Shown: positions 1 through 13,801, counted from the first letter of the whole stretch. The stretch is DNA of 63,436 nucleotides, filler included, from Octopus bimaculoides (GCF_001194135.2; 5 parts of 5 records of this genome joined end to end with filler, not necessarily neighbours in it), one strand, 5' to 3'. The notes: generated by a model from the letters alone, not told the origin. Translations and numbers: made by a program.

Positions 1-43
1 TATTATTATCATTATTATTATCATTATTATTAGTATTAGTATT

Positions 44-90
<47 letters not shown>

Positions 91-93
91 CTG

Positions 94-160
<67 letters not shown>

Positions 161-180
161 GTCTACCTTTCTATCTACTC
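1..180. repeat. (ATT)n followed by (ATCT)n microsatellites
   Basis: Direct reading; representative of dozens of AT, AC, AG, AAT, ACT and GATA tracts in the window. Confidence 0.95.
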
Positions 181-857
181 TGATGCGTCCGTAATCACAT
201 ATGTATTAAATCACGATTGTGCGATCATTCATGAATTCATATATATGCGTTGCTGTGTATCTTAATGCATGTCGGTGTGTGCAGTTACGTGTGCCTACGT
301 AATATGTAAACAATGAAAGAAAGCAAAAAAAATTCTGGAAACTAAATATAATAATTATTCGTTCGACGCTAAGCAATGATTAAAAAATTGGTAGCGTTCT
401 TGAAATTTTGAAAGTCAGCTCTTTGCCAGAAAATCAAACAGAAAAAAAAAATGTAGGTTAAAAAAAAGGTGCATAAGTGGGTATGTGTTCTGTATCAAAA
501 CTAGCTAAAAATAGTGAGGGATGAATTACCAGAAGTGAAAAAACGAAGCTAGATTTCAAGCATTTAAGAGCGTCATAACTATGTATAAAATACGCGGGAG
601 TGTGCATAATTTTATCTTTGTGAAAATAATAAATACATACATTCATTCATTCATTCATTCATTCATTCATTCATTCGCTGCTTTCTTCCAAGGAATCTAA
701 TGCTCTTAACCTAGTTCTTTCCTGGGGCTGGCCAGATTGGAGCAACCTCGAGTATAACCAGCCGAAATTTCAGAGATAATCTGGAACTCGACCGACGAAA
801 GAAAACTCCGAATGACCTGTATCGTCTATCTGGATGTTCTGCGTTCTTGTCCCATTT

Positions 858-893
<36 letters not shown>

Positions 894-906
894 TAGATAG
901 ACAGAC

Positions 907-958
<52 letters not shown>

Positions 959-1390
959 GTGTGCCTAACAAACTTTCTTTATGTATGCAGGTGTGTGTTA
1001 AGTATTTTTACATGAGTGGGGTGCAATGATGCTACGCTCGGTTGAGATGTGTATCATGTGTGTCTGTAAATGCTTGTGTATATCTTTTTATGTGTGTATA
1101 GGTATGTATGTCTACCCATTCATACATATACTTAGGCTAAAGATCAATCTGTATTAAAGTGTTGTTATTACGCAACAATTAAAGAATGAGATGTCTTCGA
1201 GGTATATTTCTTTCTTATATACAAATCATTTATATTGATGGAAAGAAAGTTGTGCTATTGTTAGCACTAAGTCCTTCTTGGTCAATTAGATATTTGTATA
1301 GAACCATTACAATCCTGATCATTATGTATTTCCCCTCGGGGAACGCGCACCTAAAATCATGTGCAGTCTAACTTAGGGCTATAGGGTATG

Positions 1391-1476
<86 letters not shown>

Positions 1477-1907
1477 GCCTGCCTTTTATAGCCAGGTTAC
1501 AAGTTTTCATATTCACGCAATTTTTAAAAGCTCATTTTTTGATGACATTAATTTTATTGGAGATATTATATTAAGGAAATTAATAAGTAAATATTTAAAT
1601 GTCATATCATGTCTCAAGCACTCTTGAGTACTCTTTAATAATGATTTCAATTTTTGGTACAAGGTCAACCGTTTTATGGAAAGATAAGTCGATTACATCG
1701 TCCCCTCTCTTGGCAGAATTTGAACTTAGAACGTAATGACGGTCAAAATGCCGCTGAGCATTTTCCCAGTGAGCTAACGATTCTAACAGCTCTCAGAATT
1801 TATAAGACTCTTAAACATTAAAATGCACTCATAGAAAACACTTTCAAATGCATATTTATTTGTGTAAGGTAGTGTAATTTTCTGAGTTTTGCAAACTGAA
1901 ACATTGA

Positions 1908-2213
<306 letters not shown>

Positions 2214-3095
2214 TGAATAATTTTAGTCGATTCTACTGATTTACTCAGTATCTATTTTTAAGTCGGGTACTTGTCTAGGAGATGTCTGCTTTTTGCACTG
2301 TCACATTACAGTGTGTATATGTGTGTTTGTGTGTATGCGTCTGTGTACGCACACATAATTATATCATTATATGTAATTTATATATGACGAGCTTCTTTCG
2401 GTTTCCGTTTACCAACATGTGTCTCTTTTGGTAGCATAACAAAATCCATTCTATCAGTGAGGGGGGCCGGTGCATATTGATGCCGTCGAGAGGTAGGCCC
2501 CGAAACGGCGTGCATTCTCTCCTGATGACCCCATACACTTGCTGGCTTCCGGTATGCGGAGTTCTTGACTGGTAGCACTTGCATGTGCGAGTTGTTTGCA
2601 AGATAGATTTATATTTCTAGTCTGATGATAACGTCTTCACTTTCTCCCACAAGCTCTTCCTCCTTTGAGTAAGCACTTAATATGAGATACAAGTCTCAAA
2701 TGAATTGTGAAAGTGAAATTCTTTTAGTATATTTGATAGGTGTTCTTATTTTTCATTCATACGAATGTATATTCAAATCGAACTTAGAACTCAAGCAAAA
2801 CTGTCATGTTTGCTAATTCCAGTTCTAACAATTATATAATTTACAATACACTTGCGATGGGGGCTACTGAAAGACCCTAACTAGTCTGGAATTATGCAAG
2901 TAGAGTAAGGGGACAAACTGATCATATTGCCTAAGAATTGCAAACTGAACGAAAAATGCGAAGGTACATGTCTTGGCTTTATGCGATAATAAACAATAGA
3001 GACATCAAATAAACATAGAAGTATAATAAAATAAATGAACTTTTAAGAAATACCTGAACCTCGTTATGCACACTTTCAGTTGTCTGCTGGATGTA

Positions 3096-3960
3096 TATGT
3101 GGTCTGATCAATAAGTATCTGGACTGTTGCCATAGTAACGAAGCTAAAGCACGGAGAGTGAAGCCGCTTGGTATAGATTGACCTTGGTACAGATCTGCTG
3201 TGCATGTGCACTTAGGTTTAGCGTTCTAGCTCACTTCTGCAGTTTACAGCAGCGCTTGGAAGGTACGTGTGTAGCGTGTGATCGTCGCATTGATCATGAC
3301 AGAAAGTTGAGCAGAAAGTCTGCATCGAATTTTGCCAAAAGCTTGGCAATACCTGCTCAGAGGCCTACGCAAAGTTTTCAAAAAGTTTTCATCGTTCTCG
3401 ACACAATGAAGGATATATCGTGCAACTGAAATCCGAGTGTCTTTTTGGTCATCTGAAAGCAGTTTGGCACGAACTTGACAGACGAAATCTTTAGTGATAA
3501 TGGACTGAATTGAACCGTAACTAATCTGCACATCCTCTTATAACTCACGGATGGTGATTCGACGAGTTTCCCCTCACGGTTGCACGCACATCTGCGATGT
3601 TTTTCCCAGTTTTGCTGGATGCGGGTCTCCCAAAATTTTCGTCATTATCGAGATTTTCTCGGCCATCTTGGAAACATTTGAACCACCCGTATTCTTGTGT
3701 GCGGTTCATACACTTCTCTCCATACACTTTCTGCAACTTTGCATAGGCCTCTCAGTAGGTATCGCCATGACAACTTTCTTTGTCATGGTCAATGCAACGA
3801 TCACACGTTCTTTCCAAGCACTGCTGTAAACAGCGGAAGTGGGCTAGACCGTTAAAGCTTAGTGCATATGCACAACAGAGTCTAAGGTCACTCTGTGCCA
3901 AGAAGCTTTACCCTGCATACTTTAGCTTCGTTTCTATAGCTAATTATATCTAACACATTT
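3096..3960. mobile_element. Mariner transposon relic with two inward-facing copies of the element 5' end
   Basis: - strand 3790->3375 encodes a disrupted mariner N-terminus (LQKVYGEKCMNRTQEYGWFKCFQDGRENLDNDENFGRPASSK...ENDENFLKTL). + strand from ~3290 encodes a frameshifted start (EQKVCIEFCQKLGNTCSEAYAK). ~3130-3375 and ~3735-3935 are inverted copies of each other. Confidence 0.85.
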
Positions 3961-5593
3961 CAGACAGATATTTTTTACATGATTACTTCAGTGTTTTGTG
4001 CATCCTATAGAATATAATTTGTTAAATTGGTTGATTGGCTGAGCTATATAATTTCTCATCAAACTAGTTATAATCTAGTGAAAAGATTGTAGTGATCTCT
4101 TTGTAATAAACGATCTTACATCTGATAGAATTGTAATCCATGCATACGATTTACTTGTGTGTTGTTTACAGCTAGTTCAGCTATGATTAAAAAGACCTGT
4201 GGTCGAAGTCGTTCTCGTCATCACCATCAGACATTTGTAGACGCGTATGACCATATTATCCAGCAAAGGATTTCTTTTATAAAGATACATCGCTATTTGA
4301 GAAAGATTTGACGACTTCTATCGAGAATGTTTAGGCATTAGAACTTATAGAGTATTATCATTATTTTAAGTTTCGAATTCATATTTTATAGTTACATAAG
4401 TACACCGTGATTACAAATAACATCTTAAACAGAACTCTGCAGTTACCCTCAGGTTATCTGATTTACTTAACTACACGTAAATACCAACTACGTTTGACAT
4501 TGAAAATGACACTGTAGAAATCTTTTGAGACTGAAATGCACATCGACTGGGATATTACTGAATAAATACAAAATATATTAAAGATGTCATTGTTTCTTAG
4601 CTTTTCGAATTTATTCTAAATTTTATGATAATAGTGATAGTGAATAAACTCTAAGAGACAACTATGGTTGTCCCGTAAATTGAAAGAAGTGAATAGTGAA
4701 CAAATAAGATTAACACGGAGATGTTTACCTTCATCATGAGACAATATTTACGAGCAGAGTTGTTCACGGACAACTTAAAACAAACAGATAGCTTACATGC
4801 TGGGTGGGAAAGCATTTTTTCTACATGGCTAAATTTATAAAGCGGAAAGGGAACTACCATAGCTATCTAAGACACTGATGCCATTAGATTGTTTACAACG
4901 ATGTCGTAGAATCAGATTGTTAAAGAGTTGAAGCGGTTTTAATATGCTAACGTTTTTTAACCAAATATATTTTCATAAAGTTTATAGAAAAATTCTTCAC
5001 ACATAGCTGAAATGATACTGACTGGTGAGAAAATATTCTTAAAAAATTAACGAGTCACTTAAAACCATACCTTACATCTAACTTTTTCTTCTCTTTATCT
5101 CAAACTGTTGGATTATTTCTGATATATAAGGAACGTGGTTAAATTTATATTCTGCTATTCTCACCCTCTCTTTCTCTCTGTTTCTGTTTGCCCTAACTTG
5201 ATAGAATCTCTTATGCATGCCATAAACTTCTAAGATTCCTAGAATTGGACGGACTGTGACACACTCAAATCTATGCAAACACACCTATACACACTTGTAT
5301 ATTCATATAAATACACTAATGTCGAAATATATCTTTCTCTCTGTATATGTATATGTACACACACACACACAAACGAATATACAAACTCGCACGCACACAC
5401 ACCTGCTAGCTGTCGTGCATGAATAAACTATTCGCTTCGTTGGTTATCTTAAACAGTTATTTTTAAAATTATCTCTTCTGTTCTTGTCGGAGGTGTTACC
5501 TAGCCTAAACAAACAATAGGTAAATTTCTGGAATGTAAAAGCACAGATTAACAGACAACAAATGTGCGCACGCACATGTTCTCTCTCTTTCTT

Positions 5594-5636
<43 letters not shown>

Positions 5637-5964
5637 CACACACACACACACAGAGTCATTATTTCTTTGGCAGATAAACGCGCAAGTCAATAATGTCGTT
5701 CGCCATTTTGTTTCATACTCACTCTCTTTATTATCACCTCACACATTGAATGAAGCACATATATATGTTTATACATCTGTGTGTGTGTGTGCGCGCACAC
5801 ACACACACAGATTTGTTTTAGACATGCTTGCACACGTCCAACACAAGAATCTACGGTTATGTACAAGTAAAACATCTCTAGTTTGCTTGTTTCCAGGTGT
5901 ATATTAATGTGTGTGTGTGTGTGGGGGGGGGGTTGTGTGTATGTGTTTATCTATATATATAAGT

Positions 5965-6900
5965 ATGTCCGTCATTGTCGATGATGGCATGGGAGAAGAG
6001 GCACAGTGTGTCTGGTTGTGGCTGTTGAGTCTGACGCGTATTCAGAATGCTCAGCCGCAGGTCGGGCACTTGGTGGGCTGCTGGTGCTGAATATGGGGAG
6101 GGAGTTGGTTCTTGAGTGGTACTGTTCGCATTTTCTTTATGCCTCTGCAATCCTGCTCTCCTCGTAGGAAGTGGTGCTTGTTTTGTTCCAACAGGGCCAG
6201 GTAAGGGATTTTGTGCTGGCATTTGCCAAGCATCGGGGTTGATCTCAAAGCTCGTCAGTGAGGCTTTGAGCGTAGTTTTTTTGTGTTCATCTTGCCTCCT
6301 GCCAGTTCACTGCGAAACAATCTCTTGGGGAGTCGCGAGTCAGGCATTCGAGCAAAGTGGTCTGCCCACCTGACTTGCATTCTCATCAGCAGTATGTCTT
6401 TGGCAGATTAGCTCTCTCTCTCTCTTCCTCTCTCTCTCTCTTCCTCTCTCTCTCTCTTCCTCTCTCTCTCTCTTCCTCTCTCTCTCTCTTCCTCTCTCTC
6501 TCTCTCTTCCTCTCTCTCTCTCTTCCTCTCTCTCTCTTCTTCTCTCTCTCTTCCTCTCTCTCTCTTCCTCTCTCTCTCTTCCTCTCTCTCTCTTCCTCTC
6601 TCTCTCTCTTCCTCTCTTTCTCTCTTCCTCTCTCTTCTCTCTTCCTCTTTCTCTCTTCCTCTCTCTCTCTTTTCCTCTCTGTTCTCTCTTCCTCTCTCTC
6701 CGTCTTCCTCTCTCTCTTTTTCTCTTCCTCTCTCTTGCTGTATGAGAGCAGTGAAACACAAAGGACACTGCGGCCATGTACAGCATCCTCACTTCTCTCT
6801 GGTCGTCTTCACTTACCATTAGAAGCACAGCGAATGAATGAGAGTGATAGCGTTGTGCAAGTTTCCCTCACTTTAATCCTCGTCACACGCAACCGAAGAC
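5965..6900 (-). mobile_element. RTE-clade LINE, degenerate ORF2 C-terminus, interrupted by a CT/AG-rich repeat
   Basis: Interrupted frames resembling RWADHFARMPDSRLPKRLFRSELAGG and the terminal CPTCG...SH zinc-finger-like motif of RTE ORF2. Confidence 0.75.
6413..6735. repeat. Compound (CT)n/CTTC polypyrimidine-polypurine tract
   Basis: ~320 nt made almost entirely of C and T on +. Confidence 0.95.
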
Positions 6901-6929
6901 ATCGCCATGATTGATCGCTAGCCACTAAA

Positions 6930-7130
6930 CCTTTTTTAAAAATTTTCCCTCTCTTTCTTTATTTTCTCTCTCTGTTTATTTCTGTGTTCCTTTCTGTCGA
7001 AGAGCGTAGGCTCGAAACGTAAAAGACTTTCTCACTTACCGAGCGTTAAACTAATACATCTGTTTGTTGTTTATACACCTGTCTTCGTCTTTTGTTTTGT
7101 TTGTCTTTTTTGTACATTCCGACTGTATAC
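6930..7130 (+). mobile_element. Penelope-like-element-type terminal repeat fragment carrying a hammerhead-like motif
   Basis: gaagagcgtaggctcgaaacgt motif; a reverse-complement copy lies at ~52555-52672. Confidence 0.6.
6990..7025 (+). ncRNA. Minimal hammerhead-like motif, A6U core variant
   Basis: cttt-CTGTCGA-A-GAGC gtag GCTC-GAAACGT-A-aaag. Confidence 0.45.
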
Positions 7131-7340
7131 ANNNNNNNNNNNNNNNNNNNNNNNNNNNNNNNNNNNNNNNNNNNNNNNNNNNNNNNNNNNNNNNNNNNNN
7201 NNNNNNNNNNNNNNNNNNNNNNNNNNNNNNNNNNNNNNNNNNNNNNNNNNNNNNNNNNNNNNNNNNNNNNNNNNNNNNNNNNNNNNNNNNNNNNNNNNNN
7301 NNNNNNNNNNNNNNNNNNNNNNNNNNNNNNNNNNNNNNNN

Positions 7341-7401
<61 letters not shown>

Positions 7402-7690
7402 TCTCGCTCACATATAAGTATATATGTATTCACGCGCGCACCCACCTTGATTTTTCTGTATCTGGGCGGTTTTATAAATCTGGATATTCAAGTAACATCC
7501 ATTACTTACCACTTAGTAAGATAATATGCAGAATCTCAGAATCATCTGAAGATAGTGCACGTGATCTCTTGCTTTTCATTATCGATCTTTTGTTGTGAAA
7601 TTTCTTACATTGATAATATTGCAAATAGGAATTGCATATTTTTAACTAAAGAATTTATTACATTCATTATCCAAGATATCACCGCAGGAA

Positions 7691-7905
7691 GGCGGCGAGC
7701 TGGCAGAAACGTTAGCACGCCGGGCGAAGTGCTAAGCGGTATTTCGTCTGTTTTTACGATCTGAGTTCCAAATCCGCCGAGGTCGATTTTGCCTTTCATC
7801 CTTTCGGGGTCGATAAATTAAGTACCAGTTGCGTACTGAGGGCGATCTAATCGACTGGCTCCCTCCCCAAAAATTTCGGTCCTTGTGCCTAAAGTAGAAC
7901 AGAAT
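7691..7905 (+). mobile_element. tRNA-derived SINE, family A (central GCCTTTCATCCTTTCGGGGTCGATAAA domain, Meta/MESC-like)
   Basis: Head with A/B-box-like segments (ggcggcgagctggcagaa...gagttc(c/a)aat). Further copies at 19368-19530, 48734-48944, 61143-61366 and decayed copies at ~1640-1795, ~12470-12600, ~31990-32190, ~32430-32570. Confidence 0.85.
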
Positions 7906-8629
7906 ATTACACCACTGGGAGTATTATGATGTTTAGACAAAATTATATACTAAGAGAGAGAGATGGAGAGAGAATATCAATCAAAAACCTTCGGAAAAAA
8001 TTACCTCTCACCATACAGTAAAGGAGGAGAAATGGCAGAATGATCGAACTATCGAAATCAATATATGCTCTCCTGCTGGCAAGAGATAAAATTCCGGAAA
8101 CGAAAGATAGCTCTGATGTTGAGGTGATAGCAATGCGACCGGATCTCAATGATTAAAGGAAGGTGAATTTTTATATTTGAGCGTTGCTTGCATCAGAAAC
8201 TTCTACATTGCTCTCTTTCGTTGCAGGTAGCTTCGTTTGATAGGTTTCTTAATAAGAATAATTCACAAGCACGGCATGTGATCTTGGAAAACACGTTGTT
8301 TAGCCAGAGTTAAGAATCAGAGTCCCATCAAATGAGGATAGAAGCGAATCAACACCAGAACTTGTAAAGATAGCTACAAGAGATATTTACAATATTAATA
8401 TATTACAGGAATAATTTTATCAATGTGTCATGGTGGTGAATGGTTATGTGTATCTATCTAACTCTCTCTCTGTATACACACACACAAACACATATATATG
8501 TACATACTGCGTGCATCTGTGTATGAGTGTGTTCGAGTGCATGTGTTTGTGTATGAAGATGTAGAAATTTAATAAGTATGTGAGCTTGCTGGAATCTGAG
8601 TATAGGCTGAAGAAGTAAATGTGTAAGTA

Positions 8630-8682
<53 letters not shown>

Positions 8683-9313
8683 NNNNNNNNNNNNNNNNNN
8701 NNNNNNNNNNNNNNNNNNNNNNNNNNNNNNNNNNNNNNNNNNNNNNNNNNNNNNNNNNNNNNNNNNNNNNNNNNNNNNNNNNNNNNNNNNNNNNNNNNNN
8801 NNNNNNNNNNNNNNNNNNNNNNNNNNNNNNNNNNNNNNNNNNNNNNNNNNNNNNNNNNNNNNNNNNNNNNNNNNNNNNNNNNNNNNNNNNNNNNNNNNNN
8901 NNNNNNNNNNNNNNNNNNNNNNNNNNNNNNNNNNNNNNNNNNNNNNNNNNNNNNNNNNNNNNNNNNNNNNNNNNNNNNNNNNNNNNNNNNNNNNNNNNNN
9001 NNNNNNNNNNNNNNNNNNNNNNNNNNNNNNNNNNNNNNNNNNNNNNNNNNNNNNNNNNNNNNNNNNNNNNNNNNNNNNNNNNNNNNNNNNNNNNNNNNNN
9101 NNNNNNNNNNNNNNNNNNNNNNNNNNNNNNNNNNNNNNNNNNNNNNNNNNNNNNNNNNNNNNNNNNNNNNNNNNNNNNNNNNNNNNNNNNNNNNNNNNNN
9201 NNNNNNNNNNNNNNNNNNNNNNNNNNNNNNNNNNNNNNNNNNNNNNNNNNNNNNNNNNNNNNNNNNNNNNNNNNNNNNNNNNNNNNNNNNNNNNNNNNNN
9301 NNNNNNNNNNNNN

Positions 9314-9976
9314 CACGCTCAAAATGGTGTATTTTATGTGCCACCCGCACAAGAGCCAGTCCAGGGGCGCTGGCAACAATCTCGCTCGAAAATCCTACGA
9401 AGGCCAGTCAGGCGGTACTGGCAACGGCCACGCTCAAAATGGTGTATTTTATGTGCCACCCATACGAGAGGTGATTGCGCTGGTACGGACATGTGGTGAG
9501 AATGGACGAAGTTAGCTGCGTGAAAAAGTGCCACACCCTAACAGTTGAGGGAACCCGGAAGACCTGGGCTGAGGTGGTGAGGCAAGACCTTCGAACATTG
9601 GGCCTCACCGAGGCGATGACTACTGACCGAGACCTTTGGAGATGTGCTGTGCGTGAGAAGACCCGGCAAGCCAAGTGAGACCTAAATCCAAGGCCTCTGC
9701 CAGGGGTGTAGCCAGCCCACTTATGCGTACCTTTCCTACATTGGATACTAAATTTCGCTTGCGAAGACTTGTTGAGGCAATCGAAATCGAACTAAATTCG
9801 ACGACTGGCACCCGTGCCAGCGTCGTCTCCTTCATTGGACACGAAACTCAGCTTGCGAAGACTTATTGGGGCAAGCGAAAGCAAAATCGGGATAGCACCT
9901 GTGTCCAGCGTCGCCTTTCTAGCACTGGTGCCCGTGACATGTGTAAGGATTTTCGAGCGAGATCGTTGCCAGTGCC

Positions 9977-9978
<2 letters not shown>
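9314..9978. mobile_element. RTE LINE 3' fragment with internal inversion
   Basis: + 9461-9678 encodes RWYGHVVRMDEVSCVKKCHTLTVEGTRKTWAEVVRQDLRTLGL, followed by 3' UTR to 9978. 9314-9460 is downstream UTR in the opposite orientation (compare 56345-56640). Confidence 0.85.
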
Positions 9979-10030
<52 letters not shown>

Positions 10031-10778
10031 CACATATACTTCAACCTATATATATATATATATATATCACACTCATACGTTTAGATGAAATTCATTGTAC
10101 ACAGTCGGAGGGTGAGAGTAGATTGTCCAGCTTTCTTAAATTGTATTTCCAAGGAATGATTCAACTAATTAATTATAATTAATATGTCAGAATCTTTTAA
10201 GTTTGAGGCTTTGTGTTTAATCATGTTTAATGCTATATTTTGGATTATTGGAAATATTTTTCCTCATTCAATTTTAATGATAGATGTAAAATCGAATGTA
10301 GCATTTTAACCGCTACTTTTGATTTCATTTCAATGAACTATTTGAATAACTTCATTCGTGTGCGTTCTCGTGTTTCTTGTCGCTTGTTTTGAAAGTGTTA
10401 CAGAATTCTCTTGTTTAAGAAAATAATTTTATTGTGGCGTTGTTACAATTAAAAATGTAATATTCTTTTTGAAATAAAATATTCTTTCATTGTCATTCAC
10501 TAAACTTAGTATCTTACATATGTACAATAACACGTGTGTGTATATATACAATAATATGCGCATCTTTCTCCATATATGTTTGTAAAATATATTTAGACTG
10601 TAAAATAGTATATAGTTCCGATATGCAACTAAATGTTTCAAAATTTAAAAGTTAAGTTAATGGAAAATAAATCCATTCAAGAGAGTTTGTTGCGATTTTA
10701 ACGAATATTTTTACCGTTTTTGTTTTGATACCACCCTTATTTCTATCATAACACGTTTCATTTTTTATATTTAAATAG

Positions 10779-11309
10779 GTATGGTTTAAAAACCGCCGGG
10801 CTAAATGTCGACAACAGCAGAAGGCACAAGAAGGAAAAAAACCTGCCCCCAAAAAGACCAAGTCACCTTCTCCACCCACAAGCTCACCCGGAACCCCCTC
10901 GTACAAAACAACCCCGATAACGAGTCCTTCCAACGGCAGTATGAATTCTTCTCCACCTATTTGGAGCCCTGTCTCTGTACCCTCGGTCAACGATTTGATG
11001 GCGTCAAACAGCTGTATGCAGCGGACTGGCTACCCGATGAGCAACGGTCAAGCGGCGGCCGCATATACGCCGCAAAACTACGGCCATTCCGGCTACTACG
11101 GCAACATGGAATACCTTCCGCCGATGCAGCTGCCTGTGATGTCCACCAACCAGATGACCTCACCGATGTCCAGCATCACGAACGCCCACACCACGCAGAT
11201 GGGTTCCTACGGCCCGCTGTCGGGCGCTCAGTCCTTGGCGCGTCCAAACCACGGCGAATGTTTGGAATATAAGGACCCATCGGGTTGGGCGAAATTTCAA
11301 GTGCTGTGA
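10779..11309 (+). CDS. Otx: Otx terminal coding exon (homeodomain helix 3 end, WSP motif, Otx tail)
   Basis: AG acceptor at 10777-10778; phase-0 join gives ...RVQ|VWFKNRRAKCRQQQ (K50). In frame with ORF 10941-11309 containing SPPIWSP and the C-terminal ECLEYKDPSGWAKFQVL-stop. Confidence 0.97.
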   Translation, partial: VWFKNRRAKCRQQQKAQEGKKPAPKKTKSPSPPTSSPGTPSYKTTPITSPSNGSMNSSPPIWSPVSVPSVNDLMASNSCMQRTGYPMSNGQAAAAYTPQNYGHSGYYGNMEYLPPMQLPVMSTNQMTSPMSSITNAHTTQMGSYGPLSGAQSLARPNHGECLEYKDPSGWAKFQVL

Positions 11310-11452
11310 AACATGGAGGATTCAGTATATCTCTTTAAAACAAAATTCTAAAAAAAAAAAAAAAANNNNNNNNNNNNNNNNNNNNNNNNNNNNNNNNNNN
11401 NNNNNNNNNNNNNNNNNNNNNNNNNNNNNNNNNNNNNNNNNNNNNNNNNNNN

Positions 11453-11483
<31 letters not shown>

Positions 11484-11639
11484 CACTAATGACAATAAGT
11501 TATAAAAATAGGGGACTGAAAGGCAGATTAAATATGGGATGGAAAAACACCAAGAAATGAAATAAAAAAGAAGCAAAACGGAATCAAAATAATTTTTATG
11601 TATGTTAGTATGCATGCAAGTATGCGTTGATATGTTTAA

Positions 11640-11643
11640 TTAA

Positions 11644-11709
<66 letters not shown>

Positions 11710-11728
11710 CATCATCATTATTATTATC
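11640..11728. repeat. (ATT)n microsatellite downstream of the Otx stop codon
   Basis: Direct reading. Confidence 0.95.
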
Positions 11729-12341
11729 TTGACTGGGTTTCAAACCGGGTTATATATATACATACATATATATATGTATATATATATATAGTTTACTATC
11801 AAATAGATCATCCATCTTAGTGGTAGTTTTTCATAATGTTCTAAAATTCTGTGAACAATTAAAAAATTTGTTAACGGGAAACCATGCAATATTAGAGATA
11901 TTTGTGTACGCGTGTGCCCGTATTTGTCTTTGTATGTATGCATGAGTATNNNNNNNNNNTATATATATATACACGTGTGTGTGTATATATATATGTGTGT
12001 GTGTATGCGTATATATAAATGTATATACACTGATAAAAAGATATATAGAAGCATACTTATGATTATGTATATACATTATATGTGCGTTAGTGTGTGTCCG
12101 AGTGTTTCGTTTTTGGTTTTCAATTGTTGTCACTGTGCCTCATCTTTCGTGTCGTTTCTCAGGATGTACAAATGTAGCTTTAGTTTTTACTGTCACATAT
12201 AACTTATACTCTGTGTGTGTGTGTGTGTTTGCATGTACGTATCTGTGTGATATCTATACACACGTACGCGCATGAAATATACTGAAAATCATTATAGATC
12301 TTGCTGCTGCTATAAATGCTACCGTTCTGGCAAAATGAAAT

Positions 12342-12418
<77 letters not shown>

Positions 12419-13069
12419 TCACCACCAGCAACGATAACACCATAATTTTGAGCAGTTGGTTAGCAGAACAGCTGCAGAGTTAAATAATTTGCTCTGCACT
12501 AGTTATTCCGGTCTTCAGTGTCTGCGTTTAAATCCAGCCGATGTCAAATTTGCCTTTCAACCCTTCGGGATTGTTAAAATTGGAGAACCAGTCACCACGA
12601 TCGCTTTATTCGACTAACATTATCGCCTAAGAGTTGATAGCCTTGATCCAAATCAGAAATAATATTATAATTGTTAACTCCACTACAGCGAATTAAATTT
12701 CATAGTGTCTGTATGGTAGACATAATTTCTTCAAAGTTATCATCCAAATATCTATCTTGAAATCTCTAAATTCCTCAGAGTTATCTAGCCCCAACTTTAC
12801 ATTTAACTGCTCATATACCCTTAGTAAATCTAATAAAATTCATTTCGTCCACTCATTAAATAAGATAGTAAATAATTATAGAATTAAATAATTTGTGACA
12901 AAATGTCAACAATACATTTTCTTTTACACAGGGATTATTCTAAACGAATTCACACAGCTACTTTGTATCTTTACCTGTCTTATGTTGGCTCCTTTTCAAA
13001 TTTAAGAATTAAATTCTCAGCTAGATGCATTCATGTCAAAAGCAACATTCCTTCATATATGTGCGTGTA

Positions 13070-13139
<70 letters not shown>

Positions 13140-13753
13140 TGTATGTATGTATAAAGTTAAAACTTACTTGCAAGATATATATATATATATATATATATAT
13201 AAATGTGTGTGTGTATATATATATATATGCGTGTGTATGTATATAAATGTATACACTTACATACATACATATATGTACAATTTTACTATATATACATGTG
13301 TGTGTATGTATATATGTAGGATGTTACTTGAGTATGAATACATTAATGATATCGATTTTGATAAAAAGCATATCCTTCGTTTTAAGCAATATTTCTTTTC
13401 TTTTTCTTAAGAAATAAATGCATACATGTATATGTACATATACATATGCACACACACGCATACACACACTAACTAGCTTACTCACTCACTTACTCACATA
13501 CGTGTATACCCGTATAATGTATTTGTAGGTGGCTCATCTATTTTAGATCATTCTTATATCTCGTCTGGTGTGTGCATTTGATGAAGGTTTAAGCGTACCC
13601 AATACAATTATTCAGTCGTGTACAAAGCACTTGAGTAAAGACATATTAACTTGACAATATAAATGCATTTTGTACTTTCTAGAATAGGGATTTTCTTCAT
13701 TGATTAAAAATAATATATAAAAATAACGTGTACGCTTATATGTGTATATATCG

Positions 13754-13801
<48 letters not shown>

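Noticed and set aside
2447-2512. GGGGCC/GGCCCC stem followed by GAAAC in the Otx intron
   Set aside because: The 5' core reads cagtga and the triplet would be GUG; too degenerate to call a hammerhead.
6340-6914. Long ER-rich and SL-rich ORFs; likewise all YI, HT, poly-V, poly-L and X-filled ORFs
   Set aside because: Translations of microsatellites or gaps.
7691-7780. tRNA-like heads of SINEs as tRNA genes
   Set aside because: No complete cloverleaf; they continue into SINE bodies.
10805-11272. 155-aa ORF overlapping the Otx last exon
   Set aside because: Alternative frame of a GC-rich exon; the Otx frame explains the sequence.
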